IMG/VR virus record: IMGVR_UViG_3300021400_000331 | Span: 3,050 to 67,049 of that record | Source: a virus | Lineage: Duplodnaviria > Caudoviricetes | DNA length: 64,000 nucleotides | Reading direction: 5' to 3' (one strand) | Part shown: one piece after another, positions 26,393-35,631 of the stretch | Position numbering within the stretch: position 1 is the stretch's first letter | Layout of the letters: each line of letters begins with the position of its first letter | Position numbers and translations under genes: made by a program | Notes under the pieces: generated by a model | Databases searched by the model: none | Seen by the model: only the letters and a program-made list of their open reading frames with translations | Told to the model about the DNA's origin: nothing

Positions 26393-28645
26393 ATGGATGG
26401 CGTTGTAATAGAAACGAATGAATTCCAGACCCCGGTAACAAAGGAGTGGCTTGAATCTTTCCCCGACGATGTACAGGATCAATTCTTGGATTTCGTCGAC
26501 ACAGTACCTCTCATCAAATACATGATAGGTACGGACCGGAAACGTGCGAAGGATCTGCCGAGGGATGAAAAAGGAAGGATTATCGTCGATATTACGCATC
26601 CGCACATCTTGGAGGACATGGACTACTTTCGTCCTGCCGCCAAGTTCTTCGAGCAGAACGGGTGCTATTCTCTGCTCAAACCTAATTCTAACCCGAATAG
26701 TGAATACGGTAAGTGGTTCAACGAAGAGGTCAGACGATGCCGTGAAGGATACGTGAGGGAATCGGACGGTGAGTGGGTCACAGGGCAGATGTATTGGTAC
26801 CTCAACTATTGTCCGATCATGTTGAACAGGCTTGCTCCCGGATCAAACATCTATGTCCGTGTTGAGGAGTTCCCGGATTTCTGGGAAGGGATTTACTATC
26901 GTTTCCATTACATCCAGCAAGCACGTGACCACGGAAAGCATGGAATGGAACTCGCCCGAAGAGGCTCATCAAAAAGTTAATCGCTCGCCTCTATTATGTC
27001 GCACAACCTTATTCTTGGGGAGAATGCTGTTGCAAATCGGCGAGTAACAACCGTCCTTACCGCATACACGAAGGAATACTTGGCAGACAAGGACGGTACG
27101 TTTACGAAGTTCACTCCGATGATTGACTTTTCTGCCGCCAACACGGAGTTTCCTCGGCTCATGCTCAAGCGTTCCCAGTCGGAAATGGTCTGGAGGATGG
27201 GCTATAAGAACACCAACGGGAACCAGATGGGTTCACTTAACGCCGTTATGGGGCTTTCCGTAAAGGACGACGAGGGTAAGATTCGTGGTAAACGTGGTTA
27301 TATCCTGTTCGAAGAAATGGGCAACTACCCCAACTTCAAGCAGGTCTGGGATAACGTGCGAGATTCCGTCAAGGAGGGCTCTCACGTGTTTTCGCTTCTT
27401 TTTGCCGTGGGAACCGCAGGCGACGATGAGTCTGATTTTGCGGGTGTAAGGACAATTCTCTACAATCCGGACGCCTATGAAGTGTATGCGCTCGAAAATG
27501 TGTTTGACAAGAGAGGGAAAGGGACTAACAAGTTTGCCTATTTCTTCCCGTCGTACATTTCCCGAGCGGGATGCATGGACAAGGATGGAAACTCCGATGT
27601 GACAAAGGCCCTGATTGAGATCCTGATGGAGCGCTGGATGGTTAAGCAGGGAGGCGACGCACAGTCTTATCTCTCTCGCGTCGCCCAGATGCCTATAACT
27701 CCGGCTGAGGCTATCCTGAAAGTGAAGTCTAACTTCTTTCCAGTCGTGATGCTCAATGAGCGTTTGCGTCAGATCGACATTGACCCGCATATTTTCGATG
27801 ATGTTTACGTCGGTACGCTCGTTGATGTGGGTGGAAAGGTTGAATTCAGGGCGACAGATGACGTGCCGATCCATGAATGGCCAGTTGATAACACAGCGAC
27901 TGGTGCATTGGAGATATTCTCGATGCCCCCGAGTGGGACGATACCGAGGAACCGCTACATTATTGGTCATGATCCCGTCGATAATGATCAGGCTGAGTCT
28001 TCCTCTCTTTCGTCGACATTCGTCTTCGATCTCTTTACTGACGAGATTGTTGCGGAGTATACTGGAAGGCGCCCTTTTGCCGAGGATAACTACGAGATGG
28101 TCCGCCTGCTTGGTTTGTTCTATAATGCTTCTATCATGGTTGAGGCGAACAGAAAGGGATACTATGCCTATTTCGCCAAGATGCACGCGACGTGGATGCT
28201 GGCGGACTGTCCTGAATATCTGCGTGACAGACAGCTTGTAAAGTATTCAATGTTCGGCTCTGCACAAAAGGGTATTTCAGTAAACGCTGCGCTCATCTCC
28301 TATGCGAATGATCTTATCCGCGACTGGCTGAACAAGACATATCCGGTTGAGGTTAGGGATGAGAAAGGAGAAATTCATATCCAGTACATTCCTCAACTGT
28401 ATAAACTGCGCAATCGGGCACTTATCCAGGAACTCGTAGGATATGGACCGGAAGTGAATACTGACCGTGTGAGAGCACTGGCCCAGGTGATGTACTATCG
28501 CGAACATTTCAATATCCTTTACGGCGGCTCTCCGGCTGCGAACGACGGAGAAAAGGAAGAAGCTGACGATGACTTCTTCGAAAAAGATTGGCAGCGACAT
28601 CTGCAACGTCTTGGCCCGCAATATAAATCCTCTTTCGAACAATAA
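26393..28645 (+). CDS. terL: Terminase large subunit with one internal in-frame TAA (26978-26980)
   Basis: Two ORFs in one frame: ARRGSSKS*SLASIM; downstream Walker B YILFEEMG, GTAG motif III and nuclease IIGHDPVD...DRVRAL. Confidence 0.9.
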
Positions 28646-28714
28646 AGCGTTTCGCTTATTCACGTTAGACGAGGCGGATCTTTCGTTAGATTCGCTTCGT
28701 AAAACTGTGCCTTT

Positions 28715-31174
28715 ATGGATTATACCGAGCATTTTCCCAGCCAGAAGATTCCTTCAAGACAGAAGACGAAGGAATGGGGAGAGGGCTGTGTGAAGTGGGC
28801 TGACAAGCGGACATATTTCAACTATTCCCCCACGCGACACGATGTGGTACATATGAAGGTCAACTACGATCTTCTCAATGGCCAGGTCCACATGGAGGAT
28901 ATTGCCGCTGTGTTCAATCCGGGTGGTATTTCTACGATGTTCATCCCGGACAAGATTCAGCATTATCCGATTCTGAATTCCAAGATCAATACCCTTCGTG
29001 GCGAGGAGGCGGCTCGTGCCTTCGACTGGAGGGTGATCGTTACCAATCCGTATTCTATTTCCCAGATCGAGGAAGAGAAGCGTGCCCAATTCAACCAGAT
29101 GGTTCAGGGCGTCGTCGAGGATACGGAGCTTGACCCGAATCAGGCAAACCAGCAGATACAGGAAGGAAACGAATTCTTCTCCTACAACTGGCAGGATATG
29201 CGAGAGATCCGCGCAAACGAACTGCTGAAACACTATTCTAAGGAGCAGAATTTCAAGCAGACGTTCAGCGAGGGATTCGTAGATGCGATGGCTGTCGGTC
29301 AGGAAGTGTATCAGTGCGGCATTGTCGGAGGTGAACCGGTTATGCTCAAACTGAATCCAATCAAGCTTCGCGCGTACAAAAACGGCTATTCTTCCCATAT
29401 CGAGGATGCAGATGTCATCATCTATGAGGACTACTGGTCTCCCGGAAGAATCGTGGATACATATTACGATGAGCTTACCGCAAAGGATATCAAGTGGCTC
29501 AGCGACGATCTTCCGGATTTCGGAGGTCAGGCTCCGCTTGGTGCAGCCGGTAATGTGAATGAATCCTATCCGTTTATCCCGAGACACAGCATCTCCGGAG
29601 AAAACGGAATCATGGTGGATAACGCATCCGGTCTTGGATTCGTCTTCGACGAGCTGAGCTGGCTTGACGGCGGTATCGGAAGCAACCTTCTTCCGTATGA
29701 TGTTGCCGGTAATATCCGTGTTCTCCGCGTCTACTGGAAGTCGAAGAGAAAAATTCTCAGCGTGAAATCCTTCGATCCGGAGACCGGCGATGAAGTGTTT
29801 GACTTCTATCCGGAGACTTACATCCCCGACACGGATGCAGGGGAGAAAGCCGATACGCTCTGGGTTAATGAGGCATGGGAAGGAACGATGATCGGAGAGA
29901 ACATCTTCGTCGGTATCCGCCCTTGTATCGTCCAGCACAATACGCTTTCCAATCCGTCAAAGTGCGACTTCGGCATTGTCGGCACGATTTATAATATCAA
30001 CGAATCCAGACCGTTCTCGCTCGTGGATATGATGAAGCCGTACAACTACTTGTACGACGCCGTCCATGCGAAGCTGGTTGATCTTATCGCAACGAACTGG
30101 GGCAAACTACTGGAGATGGACCTCGCCCTGAAACCGAAGAATTGGGAGGTCGAGAAGTGGATGTATTTCGCTCGCGCGAACAAGGTTCTCATCAAAGACT
30201 CCTTCAATGAAGGAAACAAGGGCGCGGCGACTGGCAAGCTCGCTGGTGGCCTGAACAATGCATCCAAGGGCTACATTGACGCCGATTGGGGTAATTCCAT
30301 CCAGAACTACCTGAACATCCTCCAGTGGACGAAAGACTCGATGTCCGATCTCGTCGGTATCAATCGCCAGAGAGAGGGTAATACATACAACAGAGAGACT
30401 GTTGGCGGTATCGAGCGTGCCGTTCTCCAGTCGAGTTACATTACAGATTGGCTTTTCCAGAAGCACGAGGATACGAAGCGTCGCGTTCTTGAGGAGTTCC
30501 TGGAATACTGCAAGGCTGCGCTGAGAGGAAGGAATATGAAGTTCCAGTATATACTCTCCGACGGTTCCCGTAAAATTATGGATATCCCCGGCGATGAGTT
30601 TGCAGAGTCAAGTTATGGTCTTCTTGTCGACAATTCGCAGGACACCCAGAAGCTCGAATCGGCACTTGATTCTCTTGCCCAGGCTGCGGTCCAGAATAAC
30701 TACCGTCTTGCTTCCATCATGCGTCTGTATTCTTCTACTTCCATTCAAGAGAAGATCCGTCTCATCGAGAAGGAAGAGCAGCAGATACAGCAACAGCAGC
30801 AGGAACAGGCCCAGATGGAGCAGCAGATGCAGCAGATGCAGATCCAGGCCCAGCAGCAGACTGCGCAGATGCAGATGCAGCAGCAGGATGCCCTCAACCA
30901 GCGTGACAATGAGACCAAGATCCGGGTCGCCGAAATCAATGCTCAGGCCGAGTACCTCCGTCTTGGTATCTATGCCGAGGAGAACGACGAGCAGATCGTC
31001 CATGAGAAACTCGATCTGGAGCGCGAGAAGCTCCGCCAGGATATTCTTAATTTCGATAAAGAACTTCGCCAGAAGGACAAAGAATTGAACCAGAAGCACG
31101 AGATCGAATTGAAGAAGATTGAGGCGCAGAAGCAGATTGCCAGGATGAAATCAAGTACGTCAACAAAGAAATAA
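28715..31174 (+). CDS. Portal protein
   Basis: 819 aa crAss-type portal (PSQKIP, IQHYPI, VYWKS, GINRQREG); follows TerL; Q/M-rich crown region. Confidence 0.9.
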   Translation: MDYTEHFPSQKIPSRQKTKEWGEGCVKWADKRTYFNYSPTRHDVVHMKVNYDLLNGQVHMEDIAAVFNPGGISTMFIPDKIQHYPILNSKINTLRGEEAARAFDWRVIVTNPYSISQIEEEKRAQFNQMVQGVVEDTELDPNQANQQIQEGNEFFSYNWQDMREIRANELLKHYSKEQNFKQTFSEGFVDAMAVGQEVYQCGIVGGEPVMLKLNPIKLRAYKNGYSSHIEDADVIIYEDYWSPGRIVDTYYDELTAKDIKWLSDDLPDFGGQAPLGAAGNVNESYPFIPRHSISGENGIMVDNASGLGFVFDELSWLDGGIGSNLLPYDVAGNIRVLRVYWKSKRKILSVKSFDPETGDEVFDFYPETYIPDTDAGEKADTLWVNEAWEGTMIGENIFVGIRPCIVQHNTLSNPSKCDFGIVGTIYNINESRPFSLVDMMKPYNYLYDAVHAKLVDLIATNWGKLLEMDLALKPKNWEVEKWMYFARANKVLIKDSFNEGNKGAATGKLAGGLNNASKGYIDADWGNSIQNYLNILQWTKDSMSDLVGINRQREGNTYNRETVGGIERAVLQSSYITDWLFQKHEDTKRRVLEEFLEYCKAALRGRNMKFQYILSDGSRKIMDIPGDEFAESSYGLLVDNSQDTQKLESALDSLAQAAVQNNYRLASIMRLYSSTSIQEKIRLIEKEEQQIQQQQQEQAQMEQQMQQMQIQAQQQTAQMQMQQQDALNQRDNETKIRVAEINAQAEYLRLGIYAEENDEQIVHEKLDLEREKLRQDILNFDKELRQKDKELNQKHEIELKKIEAQKQIARMKSSTSTKK
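30778..30890 (+). repeat. CAG/ATG-rich poly-Q/M tract within the portal
   Basis: QQIQQQQQEQAQMEQQMQQMQIQAQQQTAQMQMQQQ. Confidence 0.7.
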
Positions 31175-31180
31175 TACGAT

Positions 31181-31639
31181 ATGGCCAGATATTTTACAAA
31201 GCAGCAGATCGAAGAGATTGCCCGGAGGCTCGCAACGGAAACGGTGCGCGATACGGACTTTGATAATGCAACTGCCATTACGGGAGACGAGTATGTTCCG
31301 GTTGTTCAGGATGGTCTCAATCGCAAGGTTACTATGGAGGATTTCATCCGTCAGGTTACCGAGAATCTCGTTGTGATTCCCGAAGGAGAAGTTGCATTAT
31401 ATGGTAATACTGGCGATAGTACCACTGGTGGCATGACGCAGAAGGCGATTACGGAGGCTATTGAAGAGATGGGAGATGCCTCTGCAATTGAAGCAGAACT
31501 GCAAGAGTTGTCTGATAGCATTGATACTAGGCTTGAGGATCTTTCTGACGTTGTCGACACAAAACTTGATGCAGATACAATAATAGACGCTTTAGAGAAT
31601 CTGACGCAGAACGAGGTTATCGAATTACTTGATTTGTAA
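31181..31639 (+). CDS. Putative fibre attachment protein
   Basis: Shares LAT..VRD....AT...G.EYV..VQDG.N.K module with 31643..32167. Confidence 0.65.
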   Translation: MARYFTKQQIEEIARRLATETVRDTDFDNATAITGDEYVPVVQDGLNRKVTMEDFIRQVTENLVVIPEGEVALYGNTGDSTTGGMTQKAITEAIEEMGDASAIEAELQELSDSIDTRLEDLSDVVDTKLDADTIIDALENLTQNEVIELLDL

Positions 31640-31642
31640 AGT

Positions 31643-32167
31643 ATGTTGTCAAGAAACAGAGGTTGTGATTGCACGAAAGAACTTGTTGAGCAGGTTGCAC
31701 AACAACTTGCCACTCGTGCCGTAAGGGACTCTGAACTTGAGAATGCGACAGAATTGTCTGGGGAAGAATATGTCGCTATTGTTCAAGATGGTAGAAACAA
31801 AAAGATTCGCGTTTCAGAACTTCTTGAATCCAGCGGCGCATCAGCACGGATCGGCACGACCGAGTATTGGAACAATCAGATTGGTTTTATTCCGAATGAC
31901 GGCGAGATAATTATTTATTCGGATTACGATTATGTCGTAGTTGGAGGCAGGAGAGTGAATGTTCCTGGGATAAAAATCGGTACAGGTAACGCCTATGTGC
32001 AAGATCTTGTATTTGTCGGTGCTGCCGATAGGGAGGATTTGTTGGCGCACATAAACAATACGACAGTTCATGTAACGAATAATGATAAGTTGTTCTGGAA
32101 CAATAAACTTAATGTGACGGACGAACAAGAAGTCATTGGCGAAGTGCTTGTATTTAATAGAAATTAA
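31643..32167 (+). CDS. Putative fibre-associated protein
   Basis: Paralogous N-terminus; GEIIIYSD...GIKIGTGNAYVQDL motif common in phage fibre genes. Confidence 0.65.
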   Translation: MLSRNRGCDCTKELVEQVAQQLATRAVRDSELENATELSGEEYVAIVQDGRNKKIRVSELLESSGASARIGTTEYWNNQIGFIPNDGEIIIYSDYDYVVVGGRRVNVPGIKIGTGNAYVQDLVFVGAADREDLLAHINNTTVHVTNNDKLFWNNKLNVTDEQEVIGEVLVFNRN

Positions 32168-32179
32168 TAAAATAAAGAT

Positions 32180-33310
32180 ATGGCAGACATCAGTAAAATC
32201 ACATTGCCTTCTGGCAATACTTATGACATTAAGGACGCGGTAGCGCGTCAGGCTATTGCCGGTGGCGTGTCCTTTATTGTTGCCTGGAACGGGGCATCTA
32301 CACCGGTCGTCTCTGACATCCCGGATGGGGTTGTCGTAAGATATAATGGTTCGGATTATACAGGTACGCTTGATGCAGACAATTCTCAACCCGGTGCGTT
32401 TTATCTTGTAAAGAGTTCAACGGCAGTTGGCGAACTTGATATTTATGACGAATATGTCGCTATCGGTACTACGGGAAGTAAGAGTTGGGAAAAGCTTGGT
32501 GACACGCAGATTATTCTTTCTTCGCTTGGTGCTCTTGCATATAAAGACAATGTAACAGCAAGCGCGAGTTCGTCTTCCGTAACTTTTACTGGTGGTACTA
32601 CAGATAAGGTCCTTGGTTCAGATGCCACATTTACGACGACCGTTACTCCTTCGACGACGAACATCAAGGCGACAGCAAGCGGTACTGCAGTAGGTGCAAA
32701 TGGAACTGCCGCCGCAATTACTGGCTTCGGCGCACATTCTACTGAGACATTCGTTAAGTCTGTCAGCGCCGATACGACCAAGAAACTTGTTACCACGACG
32801 GTGCCGAATGTTACAGGGAATGCAGATGTGTCTATCCCGAATGTAACAAGTGTTGGTGCCGCATCAACTTGGGCCTTTTCTATGGGCTCCGGTTCGGATT
32901 CTGAAACCCTGATTATTTCTGGTACAAACTCTACAGTTCCAACCCTCGGTACGGCGCTTTCTGCGAGCAAGGTAACCCTTGGGACCGCAAAGACCGTTGC
33001 TACTGGTGCTGCTACCACGGCAGGTACTGGCTCTGCAATAGTCACGAATGTTACAATCGGAGACTCCGCTGCCGCTATTACTGCACTCGGAACGCCGACG
33101 ACGTCCAATTGCCTTACTGGGGTGAAGGTTACGACTCAACCGACCATCTCCCTTGCTACTGGTGCATCCGCGGGAACTGGCGTCATCTCCGTCGCTACTG
33201 GTATTTCCTCTGCAAGCACTACGACAAATAATAAAGACGAAGTTACCGCTGTTACAGGTGTCGGTACCGGTACAGCCGCTGCGCAAACGATTACTGTTAC
33301 CATTTCCTAA
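32180..33310 (+). CDS. Thr/Ala/Ser/Gly-rich fibre-like virion protein
   Basis: MADISKITLPSG...IKD N-module; low-complexity beta-rich shaft. Confidence 0.65.
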   Translation: MADISKITLPSGNTYDIKDAVARQAIAGGVSFIVAWNGASTPVVSDIPDGVVVRYNGSDYTGTLDADNSQPGAFYLVKSSTAVGELDIYDEYVAIGTTGSKSWEKLGDTQIILSSLGALAYKDNVTASASSSSVTFTGGTTDKVLGSDATFTTTVTPSTTNIKATASGTAVGANGTAAAITGFGAHSTETFVKSVSADTTKKLVTTTVPNVTGNADVSIPNVTSVGAASTWAFSMGSGSDSETLIISGTNSTVPTLGTALSASKVTLGTAKTVATGAATTAGTGSAIVTNVTIGDSAAAITALGTPTTSNCLTGVKVTTQPTISLATGASAGTGVISVATGISSASTTTNNKDEVTAVTGVGTGTAAAQTITVTIS

Positions 33311-33325
33311 ATTAGTTGTTAACAC

Positions 33326-34744
33326 ATGGCGGATGTAAGCAAGATAAAATTGCCGGATAATACGGAAGTCAACATAAAAGACTCCCGTATTCCTGGTATT
33401 GATTCTACTCCTACGTCTGGCAGTACGAATCCGGTGACGAGCGGAGGGGTATATTCCGCATTGAACAGCAAGCAGGATGAGTTGATATTTGATTCTACGC
33501 CAACACCTCAAAGTGAGAATCCCGTTACATCTACGGGGATATTCAACTATGTCAATCCTCTTTTTGATCTGGTTAATCCTCCAATAGAGTACATTCCAAC
33601 TTCTTTAACCATAAGGCCATATACAATCCTTGATACTAATAAATATGGAGCCAGTGATCAATACAAGCACGTACTAATTCCGATTGGATCAGGTTATAAA
33701 GTTACGGTTGAATCAAATTCATCGACCAGGGCGCAAATAGCATGGTTTACTTCTGATGCATATCCGACCGGAGGGGGTACGCCGCCGTTCGTTAGTGGCA
33801 CCGGGAAAATACGCACAACATCTGCTGGTTCAACAGAGTCGTTTATCGCGCCAAATGGTGCTAACTATTTATATGTATATCTTGGCCAGTCTTCTGAATA
33901 TTCATACGCGCCTACACTTGTTACAGTCACTGGGAACACGAATATCCAAGTTGATTCTGTTCCAACAGAAAATTCTGATAGATTAGTTAGAAGTGGTGGT
34001 GTATATACTGCAATCAACAACATCCCATCGCTTCCTTCAGTGACATCTTCCGACAATGGCAAGGTGATGCAGGTAATAAGCGGTGCTTGGGCCGCTGACT
34101 CTTTAAGCGGATATTTACCGCTTGCCGGAGGTACTATGACAGGCCCGATTGAATTGACACCGACAACATCTTCTACACAGACATCCGATGGCATTGATTT
34201 CGGGAGTCTCGCACACATAGGGACTGCGACGGGTGGATCTATCGGTATTTATTCTACGAATGCGATTTACCTCCGTCCGGGGAATGGAAGTATATCATCT
34301 TCCTACGGTATTGATATCGGTACGGGGACCTGCACGTTCAAGGCTCCTAATGTGGTTATCGCCGCAGGGACGTCCGGAACTCCTACGCTTGAATTCAGAA
34401 GAGGAACGACATCAGATAATTATGTTGATTGGAAACTGGAAGACAATGGCGGTTCGTTTGTGTTCGTAAGAAGCACAGGTGGGACGGACACGAACTATTA
34501 TCTGTTTTCAGGGACCGCATTGTATCCAATCGGGACTGTAGCAGATAATGTTTCGGCGCTGACTCTTGGTACAAGTTCAAACCAATGGGACACCGTGTAT
34601 GCGAAAGACGTGACTGCTTCAGGGGACATCGCCGCGACAGGGACTGTTACAGGCTCAAACATCCCCACTTATCATACGGGCACGTCGGATCCTTCTTCCT
34701 CCCTTGGCAGCGACGGAGACATTTATCTTAAACTATCTTCGTAA
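33326..34744 (+). CDS. Tail/head fibre protein
   Basis: MADVSKIKLP N-module; three DS(T/V)PT..S...V.SGG repeats; YLPLAGGTMTG; HTGTSDPSSSLGSDGDIYL. Confidence 0.7.
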   Translation: MADVSKIKLPDNTEVNIKDSRIPGIDSTPTSGSTNPVTSGGVYSALNSKQDELIFDSTPTPQSENPVTSTGIFNYVNPLFDLVNPPIEYIPTSLTIRPYTILDTNKYGASDQYKHVLIPIGSGYKVTVESNSSTRAQIAWFTSDAYPTGGGTPPFVSGTGKIRTTSAGSTESFIAPNGANYLYVYLGQSSEYSYAPTLVTVTGNTNIQVDSVPTENSDRLVRSGGVYTAINNIPSLPSVTSSDNGKVMQVISGAWAADSLSGYLPLAGGTMTGPIELTPTTSSTQTSDGIDFGSLAHIGTATGGSIGIYSTNAIYLRPGNGSISSSYGIDIGTGTCTFKAPNVVIAAGTSGTPTLEFRRGTTSDNYVDWKLEDNGGSFVFVRSTGGTDTNYYLFSGTALYPIGTVADNVSALTLGTSSNQWDTVYAKDVTASGDIAATGTVTGSNIPTYHTGTSDPSSSLGSDGDIYLKLSS

Positions 34745-35619
34745 TGAGTCGAGTTGTTCCACATACAGACAGTGTCGCCGTAAATCCGTCGTCATATGAC
34801 AGCGACCACTCTTATTATTCAATAAGTAGCGCGTCGAGCGCATACGACTCCGAGACAAGTACAAATTATTCATCAATCGGACTTACCCGTGGGTCCCAAG
34901 CGATAACTTACATTTATTTCAAGTTTAATTTATCCGCAATCCCGGAAAACGCCACAATTACGTCTGTCACTTGTGTTGCGAAGGCATACTCCAATGCGAA
35001 CAACACCTATGCCACAACGAGGCAGATATGTATGTATAGTGGAACGACGGCAAAGGGATCCTATAAGACACTTACAACGTCTGCAAAAACGTTTACATTT
35101 TCCGGGACGACATGGACAAGAGCAGAATTAAGTGACGCCAGAATCAGATTGTATGCCGTTCGTGGGACAAGTAATACATCTACATCGCGTGCATTGTATT
35201 TTTATGGCGCAACTCTTACTGTTGACTATTCATATAACGAAACTTTCTATACTGTCACCGCATCCAGTGATACTGCTGGAGTAACCGTTTATCCGACAAG
35301 CCAGGAGTATTCAGAAGGAGACGATGCGACAATAACGATTTCCGGTGCTACTACGAATGGGCTTTCGGTAACTGATAACAATGTTGATGTGTCAAGTTCG
35401 ATTGTTGTCAGCGGGTCGAACTTAATTTATACGATTCAGGACATTTCTGCCGACCATACGATTGTTGTGGCCTATACGCCGCCGGTTGGAGGACAGACTA
35501 TTTTCTATAAGCAGAATGGAAGCTGGATAGAGGTGGATAAGGTGTTCTTCAAGGAAAATGGTTCGTGGAAAGAGGTTGAAACTCTCAGTATAAAACAAAA
35601 CGGAAGTTGGGTAAATTAA
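34744..35619 (+). CDS. Fibre tip/receptor-binding-like protein
   Basis: S/T/Y-rich jelly-roll-like region, Ig-like repeat, C-terminal KQNGSW repeats. Confidence 0.6.
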   Translation: MSRVVPHTDSVAVNPSSYDSDHSYYSISSASSAYDSETSTNYSSIGLTRGSQAITYIYFKFNLSAIPENATITSVTCVAKAYSNANNTYATTRQICMYSGTTAKGSYKTLTTSAKTFTFSGTTWTRAELSDARIRLYAVRGTSNTSTSRALYFYGATLTVDYSYNETFYTVTASSDTAGVTVYPTSQEYSEGDDATITISGATTNGLSVTDNNVDVSSSIVVSGSNLIYTIQDISADHTIVVAYTPPVGGQTIFYKQNGSWIEVDKVFFKENGSWKEVETLSIKQNGSWVN

Positions 35620-35631
35620 AAAATTATATAT

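Noticed and set aside
30778-30890. CAG-rich tract as a contingency locus
   Set aside because: Encodes the Q-rich coiled coil usual in crAss-type portals; imperfect and in frame
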